Notes: a model not told the origin generated them from the sequence alone. 53,970 nt of DNA, filler included, from Sphacelaria rigidula (GCA_964200075.2; 4 parts of 4 records of this genome joined end to end with filler, not necessarily neighbours in it), one strand, 5' to 3'. Shown: positions 37,462-53,461, numbered from the whole stretch's first letter. Made by a program: numbers and translations.

Positions 37462-39303
37462 CTGCTTTTACATTTATATGGAATACATAGAAGGGGTATG
37501 AAATATGTTGAAGGAAGCATAAGAGAAACGCAGTTGGGAGCACCGTGCGCAACAGGGTTTAGACTCGGGACGGCGGGGCGGGTGTGCGCGGCTCATCTTT
37601 CGTCGACATTACGATACAAGGTTTGATGCGTCCTCTCACGTTTCTGGAATCTTCGAAGGGAGATCACGGACTTCCTTGTGAGATTGCAACACTCGGTGCG
37701 CTCCTCTTGCTGGCAACATCACTACAACACAGATGATTGTACAGCGCTTTGCGTGGTGGGCAGGGCGTGCCGTGCAAGTACACCACAACACCCCCGGGGG
37801 GGAGGGGGCAATCATGACAGATTGTGCACCGGTTTCGCTCACCCAATACTCCACGACAAGACGAACCGCTTAGCCTCTCGGGATGAAACCAAACGGAGAC
37901 ACGCGTCCACCGTACGAATGGCAAGATATGCACACCAAATGCTGGGTCAACCGGCTCGTGCAAATACCATCACCACCAATATCCGCAACAACAGGGCCAC
38001 CCATATCAAGGCGATGCATCGTTCCGGCGACCATATGGACTCCGCAATTCAGGGAGTCGGGGGAAAGCAGCTCGAAAACACCAAAGAAGGTGCAACGTGG
38101 TACAGCAAGACTACGCGAAGATCAGATAGTACAAATCGCTTGAGTAGACCAATACATGCAACCGTGCCTAGGCAGAATCCTCAAACCAAACGTGATGATG
38201 CTATACCTGCTTGCGAGCAGACTTGCGGCGGGGCGCTTCGCTTTTCACGACCATATCCGATTGCTCCATGATTGTCATAGTAGTGTCTACTAACTCTAGT
38301 CCGTGTGAAGTTGCGCGGCCGGTGTGCAAATAATGATGCCCGAGTCAACGCCTGCCCACAGAGGAAGCTAGTCAACATATAGGAGAAGTTCAGGGGTCCC
38401 ACACACTTTCACACCGGCCCGCAGAGAAAAAGAACAAGACCGAAATTTCAAGCGCCGGATATTTTAGCCCAATTTCCTCATTTCGGATTGCTCGAAGGCG
38501 ACATGTGATTGGTTAGACGGAGAAACTATTAGAAACCGTTCAAGTTTTTCGCGCCCTTTCAGCGGAGAAACTATAGGAGATCCCAAATCCGGTTGAATCT
38601 AGAACATTCTTGCTCACAGAGTATTCTCACGGTGACAAAACAGTAGTAATAGCTTTCTTGGCGCTATAGCATCTGTGGGCTGCACTTTCCAACGGTCTTA
38701 ACGGCCGATTCTTGCAACGGTAAACAAGATGCCTCTTTCCATCTTATTTTATGTTTCCTCGTGTATGTGATGGGACAAATGAATCACTCGAACATTTTGA
38801 AAGACGCCCGGACAACAAGTTAGTACCACATAATAAATCTCTCTACATACAAAAAATAATGTAATAAACGTGCCGTGTTCTGGTTTCCACAACATTCTGC
38901 CGACGACCTTGGGCAAGAAGAAGTGACATTCTTTGACCAGAGCCTTCGGGAGTGTATGAGATCTATCTTTCAACGGAATGAACGGCCATCCTGCAACGGA
39001 GCGCAACAACATATGATGTTTGTCTTGCAGATTCTGCGCGATTGGGTTGGATCATCTTATTGTTATGTTGGTTGAATCACTTGGAAACTCTGAGCAACAG
39101 TGATCTACGTACGGTAAGTACTACTGTTGTAGGACGTTCACAAATCTCCCTCTCTGCTTCATACTGTTGTGCACATATACATGGAGAATATTCTCATGAC
39201 GAGGTGGTCCTCAAATATTGAGTCAGAGTGAAAAAGGTTGTGTGGGCTGTACCCAACGGTCTGAACGCGCGCATCTTGTAACGAACAACGGTACGTAACA
39301 TAC

Positions 39304-40332
39304 GCATCTTTCATGCGATCTTCTGTTGTTATACACATGATGTTCTGTGACTGGACCATTGTATCATTTGCAAGGCGGCCAGAACCACGCCTGAGTACTG
39401 GGTAATCAATACCACTTATGATCTGGGCCATCATTATTATTTTCTTCATCGGATTTAAAGTTTATGGCGTCGTGTAGCGGCGCCTGATGACTCCGTTGCA
39501 CACCGTAACACTACTTTCCGTGGCCCTGTGACTGTCTCTAGTGCGGACCCCTTGTGCCTTCTTGTTCATGTAATAAGTTTCGCTTGGTCGAGAGTTCCAG
39601 GGGCGATTAGGGATATGGGTAGCGGTAGAATATCTACCGACCACCGCCAACATGACGTTTCATGAATGAAGGTATATGTACTCGAGCAACAGGAGGTGCA
39701 CTTTTCCCGGTCGTAGTTTGTGCTGTCTCTACTTTATTAAATAGTCGACTCCAGCGATCACTCCCTCAGTAGTGACCTCCTTGGGAACTCTAATTACAGC
39801 CATCATCGTCGATCTGCTGCCCACGAAAGTTGGAGAGATGATGTCGGCATGTGTATAGCGCAAAGAATCCCCTTCCCACGTACGCGTACCCCCAACTATT
39901 TCCCCACGATTTCCGTCAGTACCCCGACAGCACACACGGTGCCATATTGTCACAGAACAGTTGATTGCGGGTTCACGGTTATTAGTTGTGCCGGACGTCT
40001 TGTTGCGCAGAAGTTTATTTGTGATTTTGCGAACGCAAAAAAGATTATACGGCGCCAACCACGCCCCGAGAAAGACCAGGATACAAAATAATGAGAATAA
40101 TAAATGAAAAATGTAGGATTCGACATGATCGAGAGAGAGGAGAGCGCCCCCCCCCCACATACATACACATACTCCTGTACTGCTTGCATGCAAAATGTGT
40201 CCTCCATAGATATGCAGGTGACCACGCACCGCCATGCGTAGTTCCAAGCCCAGCAACGAGTAACAGTTGCTTCACTCCATGCAATACCATGTCACTATAT
40301 AAGTACGACATGATGTGGCAAAACGTCAACGT
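39304..40332 (-). CDS. Unidentified multi-exon protein, partial
   Basis: Four consecutive phase-compatible GT-AG exons 40332-40230, 39895-39733, 39582-39504, 39422-39304: TLTFCHIMSYLYSDMVLHGVKQLLLVAGLGTTHG-VGGTRTWEGDSLRY...VIAGVDYLI-NETYYMNKK...-IISGIDYPVLRRG...; a further candidate exon near 38990-38875. Confidence 0.55.
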
Positions 40333-40455
40333 CTGGCGTAGAACAGTATGGTAATAGTATTGCAGTATTATCAAGGTACTACCGGAGTGTGTCTTGTGTG
40401 TGTTGTCGTCCCATCCATTCTGGACGCCGGTCTACACCTTTCGGTATATGTGGGC

Positions 40456-40555
40456 NNNNNNNNNNNNNNNNNNNNNNNNNNNNNNNNNNNNNNNNNNNNT
40501 TAATTAATTAANNNNNNNNNNNNNNNNNNNNNNNNNNNNNNNNNNNNNNNNNNNN
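40456..40555. other. Artificial contig-joining spacer
   Basis: Same N44-TTAATTAATTAA-N44 structure. Confidence 0.97.
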
Positions 40556-40873
40556 TACCTGGGTTGCAACGCTGAAATATAGCCTGGGGATTGATTTGTC
40601 ACGAGTCGACTCATGATACTATAACCAAGTAATTTCCAGACGAAACATTATTTGTCCGACCCTTGAAATGTTGATCACCAGCAGTACAACGAGCTTCCTG
40701 TGCCCTTCTCCCCACAACGGAGTTGATTTCAAGTGGGTGGTCCCAAGCATGTAAGAGTAGATGGAAACAGTCAATGTGCAGTGGTGTCGCTCCTTGTCTC
40801 TTCTTCAGCAAGAGTATATGCCATTTTCGTCCCCCAAACGTTCATGATTTGCTGTCTACTCTGTGTCTCACAG

Positions 40874-41398
40874 CACGCTGACGTGGGCCGACAAATGGAG
40901 GCCTATTTCGACGAGGACAAGAAACAATGGGTATTCCCGGGAGAGCCCGAACCGGACCAAGCCTCGGCGCCTCCACCGGCGCCGCCCACCGGCGCCCAAC
41001 TCGCCAGCCCCCCCTCCTCCCTATCCGGCACACCCGCACCCGCTCCGGCAACCCCGGGTCTAGATGCAAACGACCCCCTGGCGGCTCTTATGGCACCCCC
41101 CAAGGCATCGATTGGAGCTCCACGCCGACATACATCCGTCGGGATGGGTGCTCAAGGTCCGCCCCTGAGCGGGGGGACTCCTTCGTTCAGCGGGGGACCT
41201 CCATCTGGTGGGATGAGTTGGGCTAGGCCTGCGGGGGGGACTCTTGCCTCGCCGTTCGGTGGCGTGGGCGGCGGGGCGGCGGGGGGAAAGTTGACAGCTT
41301 TTGCGCCCAAGGTCTCGTCTGCAGATATGGCTACGAGCGCTAGTAGGAGCAGCAGTGCATCATCTGTACCTGATGGTGCCGCGTCCAGTGGGAGTTAG
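40874..41398 (+). CDS. C-terminal exon of a COPII scaffold Sec16-like protein
   Basis: CAG acceptor then ADVGRQMEAYFDEDKKQWVFPG followed by a Pro-rich tract, matching the Sec16 C-terminal A.LG....FYYD...KRWV motif. The 3' end may instead be a splice donor near 41311. Confidence 0.7.
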   Translation, partial: HADVGRQMEAYFDEDKKQWVFPGEPEPDQASAPPPAPPTGAQLASPPSSLSGTPAPAPATPGLDANDPLAALMAPPKASIGAPRRHTSVGMGAQGPPLSGGTPSFSGGPPSGGMSWARPAGGTLASPFGGVGGGAAGGKLTAFAPKVSSADMATSASRSSSASSVPDGAASSGS

Positions 41399-42470
41399 TG
41401 GGGTAGCGTTTGTGGGTGCTGTTGGTATTGGAAGATTCGTTAGTGTGATCGGTTTGCCCTATTGCAGGTGGTGTTGGGTGCGGTGTGTTTGTTCTGAGTC
41501 TGTTGGTATTCGATTTGTGCTGTCCTAGCCATGTGTGATGATATGTGGACGTGTACCGAGGGAGGACCTTCTCCACTTTTTTGTATCGGTTCCTGACGGT
41601 TTTCAATTATGTATTTTGCCGGCTACTTTCGTAGCGCAAGTGTTTATTAGAGTCTCTTCGGTACAAGATGAAGGTTTTGGACTTCACTGATGCAGTGTTG
41701 TGTGCGTATTCGCCCTGTGAGGTCTTATATCTGTTGGCGCTTCGTCCGATCTCAGCAAGCACTAAACGGCCCCCAGAACGTGAGGTTCACGGACATCTTG
41801 CGGCCCAGATACCGTTGTTCCTCGTAGTGTTGACGGATCGGTCAATGAGGCCCGCTTTATGCTGCGTGTTCTGCGTGTAGTGCATGCGTTGGGGGAAATT
41901 GAGGAAGAGTTGCACTCATGAATGAGTAGGGATGTCTCCATCGCTAGGTTGCGTAAGTAACTCAACAGCTCGAAATGTACCCCTTTGTTGAAGCACCTTT
42001 GCCACAAAATGTAATGAGCGCCCTCGGCAGCTATGCCATGAACACGGGAGTGTGTCGACACACGACTCAACATCCGGAAGGGGAAGTGAAAATATTGTTT
42101 GTGCAAAATTTTGCATAAATCGCAGCCTATACGCCACCGGCGTCTAAATTTGCATTATTGCCTTGCGTCCACAACAGCACCTTATTCATTCAACTCTAGA
42201 AATTAGGCGTTTTCCCTCGTTCAACGACATGCACGATACAAAACACACATGAGTAACGAGAGCCATCGCTAACCAACTCCACGAGTGTGTTTTGGCTAAG
42301 GTGTCCTCGACTTTTTTTCTCCGACGTCCAGAACACAGTAAATAGCTCTAGGGCATTTTTCCACCCATCGAAAGGACTTGGCTACGCCCTCTGTAACCCC
42401 ACCGCAACGCGACCAATTGGAGCCGGGCACGTTGCTGTGCCTCTTCAGGTACCTTCTTTCGGTCCCGTGC

Positions 42471-42546
42471 GGTGCTCCGTCTCGAAAGGGATGCGTGGTC
42501 AATGGTCAAATGACTAAGGCAAGCAACAAATGAGTACGCCCCCCCC
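42471..42546 (+). mobile_element. Short 3' fragment of the same LINE family
   Basis: GGTGCTCCGTCTCGAAAGGGATGCGTGGTCAATGGTCAAATGACTAAGGCAAGCAACAAATGAGTACG plus a C-run; CCCGTGC occurs on both sides (candidate TSD). Confidence 0.85.
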
Positions 42547-43829
42547 GTGCCATGGCACCGCCCCGCCTAGCAGCAGGTTGCGATGAGACCGATCGCTACA
42601 ATCTCACCAGACAAAGGGGCACAACTGTGTCGAAAGTTTGTTGTCCTCTAAAAAAACAGATATATTATGGTGCGGTTGCAAGGTCTGCATGGGGCTGGCA
42701 GCCACACAAAAATTATCGAAGGGGGTTGAAAAGGAATAGCTGGACAGTTCCTCTCTATTCGAGAGCACCACCCATGGGGGATGACAACATATCTCGTGAA
42801 CGGTGGTTCCCAACTTGTGACCCCAGAAAAAAAATTACGCTCTAGACCGAGGACAAAGCATTCGTTTCCTGTATCGATCGATCTGTGGGATTATAGGTGA
42901 GGGTTTCACTGCTGTTGGTGACATGCACTCACAATACTGGGATGAATTTGACATACATGTTGTTTGGCGGATGATTTTAGCTTTGTCAATAAGCCGCCTT
43001 TTTGCTAGTAAACCTGCTGTAATCAGGTGACGGTTAATGCCTACCTGTCTGTGTAGGATGTGACACAAAAAGACCACATCTCATTTTTTTGTCGTACTTC
43101 AACTTATCCCCCAGGAATCCAGTCGTGGTCGCTAGTGGTCGCATGATGGATATACCCAAGACAAAACAAAACTGAAACCCTCGCTGAAGAAAAAAGAAAT
43201 GGGGAGAAAGTAGAACAGAACGACATACTAAACTATAAGACGTACAAAAAAAAAATAACAGGAAAAATGAACAAAAGGAAAATGAAGAGTTGCTATGACA
43301 GGGGGGGGGTATGTTTGGCCGTTTTCTTCCACGAGATTCCACTTCAATGGCCGTTAAATACAGCCAACCCGCATCATCCAGCCAGAATCGGTCAGGCGTG
43401 GTGCTTTTGTAATTTGCAGTTACTCGAACGCGCTTGCTTGAGATAAATAACGCTCATTCATCCTGCCTGACACCGCCTTGACCCAAATACAAGCGCACCG
43501 CGGGTGTCTTGGGTCGTTTGACGCATCTATGAGTACATTTCTTCGTGGAATCGAACACCCTCCCCCTCTATCGTAGTATGACTCGAAAGCACAAAAATAA
43601 ATGGCCCGTTGCTGCCACACGGCATCAGGGTACAACGTCTTGCACAGAATCACTCTTACACCCAGCAATAGGAATCACGCAATATAATATCATCGATTGA
43701 GTCAGTGGATCTACTTGATGTCGGATAAGGAACATCCATGACTGATGGTACGCCGATTCAACTAGTGTTTTGAAGAATATTGCTATATATGCTGGCTGTG
43801 TGTGCTTATGGAGTATACCGCCCCTGTAG

Positions 43830-46290
43830 TTCGTGGCGAAGGAAACAAAACGCGGGTGCTGCGCACCGTACACACACCCAATGGATCCTGTGAAGACGGC
43901 AGTTATTATCCATTTTGGAAAATGATGTTAGTTTACGCGATTGTGTTCCTCCAAATGCCAACACTCCGTCTAACACCCCTGCGGACTAGTCCTTGGTGTT
44001 GGATATCCACACACACACACACAATCACTGGCAGCTGAAGTGACATCTTGGCAGATCTGTGTTGAATTTTCAACTTGGATCCTTCGAAATCTCAGGATAG
44101 GTGGAGCCCCCAAAAAATTGGATTTGTTTGCGGCTGGATTCAAGGGCTCGAGAAGGCTGCTCGTAGCAGGTCGTCGCCATGGCGGTGAGTGAGAGAGGTA
44201 GCCCCAGCACTTGGAGGGTACAACGTAACGCATACATGTTGGATATGCCTGAGTATGGGCCTTATCGCTAGCCTCCTTGGTTTTTATCATTGTTGACAAT
44301 GTTGGTGACGGGGTTGGTGGTGATGGTGTGATGTGCTTGAAAGAGTAACCCAGCAAAAACGCTCACCAGGACTTCACAATGCAAGGAACAGTCATGTCGA
44401 CAATTACAGCATGGTGGATGCATGGCTACGCTGCAGGATGCTTGAGTAAGGCGGGTACACCGCTCGCTAAGCTCGCGTTTTAGTCGTGATCCAATCACAC
44501 GCGGCGCATGTCCTTTCCCTCGTGTTGTCAGCACTTCCAGGCAGAGTGCTTAGCTGTTGTCGGGATCTAGAATATTGTCTCCGCACCAACAGACCCAACA
44601 TGGCTGCAGATCTACAGACAGGATTCCCCTGAAATCCGCCTTATGGCGGAGACGTTGGATCCTCGATGCAGTTATAGTGTAATTTTCCGCCTTCACGACG
44701 GGTACGAGTTTGGCTACAGACCCCTACCGTGCGGAATGTAGACCCAAGTTCTCACCCTAAATTATCGAGAAGAGCCTGACCTCTGTTGGCGTTGTTAGGT
44801 GACTATCATATGCGTATCATGGTTGTACAGTGCTACGGTACCATCCGGTTTACCGGTCTCGCGATGGATACTGACGGTATGTTTGGATATTGCTCGCCCG
44901 CGAAGTGGTTTAGCAAAAAATAGTTATGATCTGCACCACAAGATATTCACCGTACAGCTCCATGGACCTTTCACTTCTATGAAGCTTCAATCGGTTGTGT
45001 CGCGCTGCGGAATAGCCACGCGATGTATATTTTTCGTATGTGTTTGAAAAATCCGAGCAAGGTTCGCCAAGTTTACGACAGAGCTGTCCCAGGCGAGGGG
45101 CGCTACCAACACCGGGTCATAGCCCACCGCCCCCCCCTTCTCCACAGGATAAGAAATAGTTACCAGAGTAGTGAAACAAACCGGGGATGGAAACACCGTA
45201 AACATCGTCTCGTGTGGAAGGGGGCTATGAATTCATGGTGAAGCCTGTGCGAGAAGATAACATGGACATGTGTTGAATATTGTGCGTTTAAATATTGGTG
45301 TTTATTTTCCTCTGAAACGAAAACTAGTGTACAAACTCTACCCCTCAATTGATACCCCTCCCTGCAGGATAGGGGGGCAGCTACGTTAGTAGTGAATTCA
45401 TCCATGGTTCCATTTTGGTGGGGAAGAGCTTGATGAAGCCATGGTACTTCCCCCCGGGAGGCCCTCGATAATGAGAAACTAGAAAATCCTGGCAGAAATT
45501 CTGATATTTCAGTACTTACTATCGCCAGCATCTTCATCTACTGGACTCTCGAAACGAGTGTACACCCCCCCCCTCCCCCCCCTCCCCAGGTCTCGCCCAT
45601 AATAAGTTTTCTGATATCAAGGGGGTAGGTACTGGTCATCACCATTGTCTATGGTATCTGGCAAGTACCCGCTCTCAAGTCGGTGTACCCCCATGCCCCC
45701 ACCTAAACCTCTCCCCAAATTTCCTGAAATCAACGGCGTGGGTCATGCAGTTGGTAGTAGGCATTGCTGAAGATCATTTTTTTCCAAGTAAATAGCTCAT
45801 GTCCGAGTATATGTCTCAATGTTGCCTCTCAATACGTCTCACGTTTTTCACCATTCTCCGAACAAGACACGGTAAAGTGGGCAGACTCGATGAAGAATGA
45901 AATCACGGGCACATGGGCCTTCAACCGTAAGTCACCCTCAACAACTTCGTCTCGATTTCAGTGCACAACTTGAAGACCGGCAATTCCCAAAGGCTGGTAC
46001 AACAGATAACTCATTTTACAAGCATGATGGTCATTTTCCATTCGTGTGAGTACAGTCGCACAGGACACACCTTGTACTGCCTGACGCATACTCTTACTAC
46101 ATACACAAGTAGGGCATGCTAACATACATTGTCCGAGGCCAAAATTGTGCCCGCAACCACACACTGTACTGTGGTGGGATCTTTGCTCCTCGTGGCTTTG
46201 TCTTGAACTCAGTTTTTCATTGTGCAACAGTGTATCACGCTAGGACCCCATGCACCGGTAGATACGCTTCCTGGCTATCTACAACAAGGT
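43830..46290 (+). CDS. Unidentified multi-exon gene or pseudogene, possibly with beta-trefoil (fascin-like) repeats
   Basis: Phase-compatible exons 43830-43926, 44101-44184, 44354-44445, 44593-44701; further exon-like blocks 44799-44876, 44958-~45024, 45867-45926, 46231-~46288. One phase conflict between 44701 and 44799. Confidence 0.4.
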
Positions 46291-49081
46291 GGTGCATGGA
46301 TAGAGATGTCGTCAACCCTGTGCCAGATGTTTGAGCGTAGAAAATGGGGTCCAAACGTTGTTTTAAAGCGACATAACGATCACGATGGTTTTGCTACGCA
46401 TGACTATTGTCGGCGAGTCTAAGCTCTCTGAGCCGTGTACCATGTTTCTGGTATACATTTCTGCTGTGCACCTGCGGCGGGTACCGCGCCGTATGTGTGC
46501 TTGTTTGAAATCAACATTTTGTCGACCAGCCTTTTCTTCGAGCCTTAAAGTAAGCGCAGCATTATGCGCTCAGTGTTGGATATAGGTTATGCGCTAGAGC
46601 TACGTCAATTTTGCTTTGACGTCCCGTATTTGTAAGGCTGTGCGATTTCTGGCGCGTCGTTTCATTCAGCGCCTTGGGTGCTGTCCCGTCAAACCTTTTC
46701 CAGGAGACTGCTTATGATCCCGACATCACGTGCACATCTCTCTTGCTCCAATAAACTCCGTAGCGAAGGGCATTCCTGAATTCATCGTCAGCACAGTAGT
46801 ATCCAAAGCGTGGCTGTCAAAGTCAAATGTAATTTCGTGTAAATTTTTTCAACATGTTACTGGACTTCAACCAAGCTGTTTGGCCCGATATGTTTGAACC
46901 CGCCGAACCCTTTACGATGTATTGCTGATGATCCCAAGGTTATGGATGTCGCCGTAGTGGCGTAAGAAGCTATGTAGTACAAGAGCAGTAGTCTTCCGCA
47001 ACTGTGGAGCTGGTCCCCGCCGGCGGGTAAAACGCACCAAAGCAGCGGCATACTCCACCTTTCCTCCTTCTGCGCAACCTCGTTTTCCTTCAAAATGTTG
47101 GTTACGTTTCCCCCCTCACATATGGAAGCATTGCATTTGTTTTCACAATCGGTCGTACTCATTGTGTGCTGCAGTTTGCCCTCACGAAGTGAGCGATAAG
47201 ATTGTATTTGAAAAAATGCCCAGCGCAGCGCTGATATTCTGTGTTGTATGCATGTATATCGCATATGTAGTATGTTTCGCAGTGCAGGAATGCGCCATGC
47301 TATCTGGATTCGGGTTAGGATTGTATTAATATGATGCTGTGAGACCCCTCGTGCGTAGCAAGCTCCGTCGGTGATGCATCCCAAGACCGTCCATTGAATT
47401 CGTGTCGTCAGTAGATGTGACCTAGGTAGCATGCTGTGAGAGCACTATGCTCGGGGTGTCAGACCTATGGTTAAGATTAATCGCAACCCGATGAAACAAC
47501 CATATATTACCATGTGCAGGCAACTCGTGCTAACGTGTGCAGGGATATCCTCGATTACTTTCATCGATTTACCCTGGGATTCAGTCTGACCCTTTCGGAA
47601 CTGTCCCTTGTGATACCCGGGTCCGATGCCTCATCGTTCACAGATGTCCACGGCTGTGGAAGATATATATAACACGCATCTCCAACCACAACAAGTGATC
47701 ATACAACACAGGTACCCCGGTGTGGTTGATTCAAATTTATTCAAAAGTAGCACGCTCGGGGTGAGGTGTACACAGATGCGTTTATGTTTGCCCAGTCGTC
47801 TCTGTAGAGTATAACTCCAGTCAAACGAATAACCGCTCTTGATGCTGTCAGTTACCCCATTATAGCGCAATATGCGCGTTTGTGTGATACCCCTTATCAC
47901 GACACCATGATTGTGGCACTTTATCTGACACCCCAGGGATCTAGCCGTTGTCGCATGATAGACATACCCAAGACAAAACAGAATTGAAACACTCGCTGAA
48001 GAAAGTATTGTAATCAGAGTAACCATGGTATGAAAAAAATAGCGGTAAAGACCTCTGCTGTACTATGTTGTTCCGTACTATGCTGTGCACGATTCGTGGC
48101 AATAACAGACTTATAAGCAAGCGCCCCTGTCTCCAAACCCTACGCTTTCTGCGATACACGCCATGGTCTCCTTGTCACATGTAGAGGATCCATGCAATGC
48201 AATGCAATGCTATGCTATGCTATGCGCACTACACACGTCGTACCATCAGCTAGGTCAACAGATGACCAGTCTGCGGTCCAGGCCAAGCATATACATTTTT
48301 GTCGTTTTTTTTTATCATGCTGCGAGTGACCTGGTTGTACACACATGAATCCCCACTTGCTAAAAACATTATATCTCGGATTCTGGTGTGAACAGCAAGG
48401 CCGCGTGTATCTCGAAGTGTACGCACATGTTAGTTGTACTTCTGTTGCATTAACCGTGCAGAGAGCAGGAAACATTGACATCCTCAATCGAATGTGATCA
48501 AATAAAAATGCGCTGGTCCAAGTGACACTATACGTAGCCCAGCCCACAGTTGCGGCATATAGGCGGGTACTGCAAGGCACCACAACACAGGTGTTACTAC
48601 AGCACTACGCCATTTGTTGGCTGTTTTCTCATCATCACTACTGACTATTTTGCCCGTCTCTACTGACGTGCAATGTACTATGCATATAGAGATGAACCAT
48701 ACGTAGCGCTCCAAGGCCATCCACGCGTGCGCAGTTTGGGAATCCCGCGTTTTTTACAAAAATATTAATGTACATGAAAAAAAAGAGATGTCAAATATAC
48801 CTGAATAAAAGCAAACCTGGGATTCTTCACTGTAGAGGTGTTGAGTACCAAATGTGTTCAAATGTCTATGTGACGTTTTCCATTGATTAAAATACTCGAG
48901 CGCGTCTCGAATCGTATGCTTTACATTGTCGTGGCTAAGATACCCACTTGAAACGGAGTCACAGTACGGTGAACCTCCTCCCATACGGTGCCGTCAAAAC
49001 CGCTGTTCACAAGTCCGACCCGTTCTACCGATATAAAGTAATTGTACTACTTTACCAGTATAGTGCGGGGTCCCAGCATAG

Positions 49082-51438
<2,357 letters not shown>

Positions 51439-52329
51439 TAATTTTATCTTTGTCTTTGGTGGCGTAGCGCTTCTTGGGTTAAAACCTACACGAATGACAG
51501 CTCTGAAGGGCTTTCCAACACTGACGATCGTAGCTGCCACTTGGGGGTTGAGGGATTCAAAGCGTGCGGCAACACGCGTCGGAACAAAATTGAATGGAGA
51601 TTTCAACACTTTGGCCGGCACAAACTAAATGATGGCAGGTAGCAATGGCAGCGACAAGAAATCTGCGAGCATAACGCGTGAAAAAATACGTAGCTAGTAC
51701 TATGCATCGTTACCCCACACGATCTCATGAAAAAAATGAAACTGAGTGTCGGTTCGCTCTTCGAAACGTGCGAAACGCATGCCATGACCCCTCTCCATTT
51801 CGACTTTACAGTCGATTACAGCACAGTGCAGTTCCCGTTTAGTACAGCACACAAATACGTACAGCAGCATCTCATGGCTTTGCTAATGACGACCATGCAT
51901 CATCCTGCTGGATCTACTACTGAAATACAATCAAATGACAAGTATTCAATAGGGTATCTGCGACATCCAGCTTTTGCCCTCGGCCATCACGGTGCTTGCG
52001 AAAACTCAAAATGCCCGTTCGTGAGCAGCGATTTCCCTTGCGTCTTCCCCTATTACACGCTGGTTCAGAGTGAATGACCGGAATGTACTTCCCCAGCGAT
52101 TCTTCACGCTGTGTTTTCGAGTCAGACCCTTACACCGCCCCCTGAGACCCCGGATATTTGGTTGATGAAGAAATAATCGAAAGAACGCCTTCATCCAATC
52201 TCTCTAAATATCTCAGAGCACCCGCGTGCAAAATATCAGGGTCTCACTCGAAAAGTTAACGACCGCCTGTCTATGCGTTGATCTAAACCAATGCGCGCAG
52301 AATCCCCGTGATTGCTTGATTACAGGATG

Positions 52330-52575
52330 TTACTGACGTCTTCCTTGTGCGCTTTTCGACTTCCGCAACGAAAGTTTGTACAAAACATTCCTTGGACTAT
52401 CTCGGGACGAGTCAAACTTGATTTTTTTGTTTTGATGCAATTTATACCGGCTTCCGGGGGTCCGAGCGTGAAGATCCCCGGAAGCCGGTAGAGAGCGAAA
52501 ATTATTTGAAATATCCTTCGATGAGTTTTTTTCCCATTCGTAATACCCATATCGACTAAACTGCCAGGTTTGAGG
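52330..52575 (-). repeat. Second copy of the hairpin-containing dispersed repeat
   Basis: Reverse complement aligns with 25423-25670; hairpin at 52445-52490. Confidence 0.75.
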
Positions 52576-52634
52576 ATAATCGAAGCTTTCACACGTCGGA
52601 CAAGTCATGACCTAACTCACTCATGCTGTACAAT

Positions 52635-53075
52635 CTACCTGGCCAGAATGTGCACCGCTGAGTCATATTGCATAACTCACTTGCTCAAGATGTGCATCGA
52701 TGAGTTATCTTCTATAACTCACCCGGCCAGAATGTGCATCGCTGAGGTATACTGTACAGCTCAGTTGACGAAGATATGCATCCATGAGTTATCTTCTACT
52801 TCATATAAATCACCCGGCCGGAATGTGCACCTCTGATTTATAGTTTATAACTCACCTTGCCAGATTTCGCATCGCTGAGTTTTAGTTTATAGTTCACCCG
52901 GCCGGAATGTGCACCGCTGAGTTAGAGTTTATAACCCACCTGGCTAGATTTTGCATCGATGAGTTATACGAAGTAGTTTATAACTCACCCGGCCAGAATG
53001 TGCACCCCTATGTTATAGTTTACAACCCACCCAGCCAAAATGGGCACCGCTGAGTAATCCTGCCATAACTCACTG
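52635..53075 (+). repeat. ~42-bp minisatellite with alternating unit types
   Basis: Consensus TATAACTCACCCGGCCAGAATGTGCACCGCTGAGTTATAGTT, about 10 diverged units. Confidence 0.85.
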
Positions 53076-53461
53076 GTGAGTTATTGGAAAATGAGTCATG
53101 AAGAAGGACTCACCCGACCGAAAATACGCAGAAAACAGTGGTCGACACTAGTCACTCATGTAAAAGAAAACGCGTAATCACGTGACACGGCTGCTGGTAC
53201 ACGTGGCGTGAGAAGCCTCGGACTATATACGCATATATCAATACTACCGCAGGCGTAATATGAACCACATGTACATTACGAGCTGGGCCAGCAGTAAATC
53301 CCGCATATGCATGTCACACCATTTCTTATCAAGTCTACCAAATCAGCCCGACGTGAATATATCGGTGTGACCTGCAGACCAACGTGGTGACGCACGGGAC
53401 CGCCGCTTGAAGAAGAAGAAAAATATATATGTAGTGCATAATGTATCACCTAACCGACGGA

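Noticed and set aside
43090..48005. LTR pair (similar ~90-bp blocks near 43100-43195 and 47920-48005)
   Set aside because: Short and diverged, no TG...CA ends, and no gag/pol between them; more likely two copies of a dispersed repeat.
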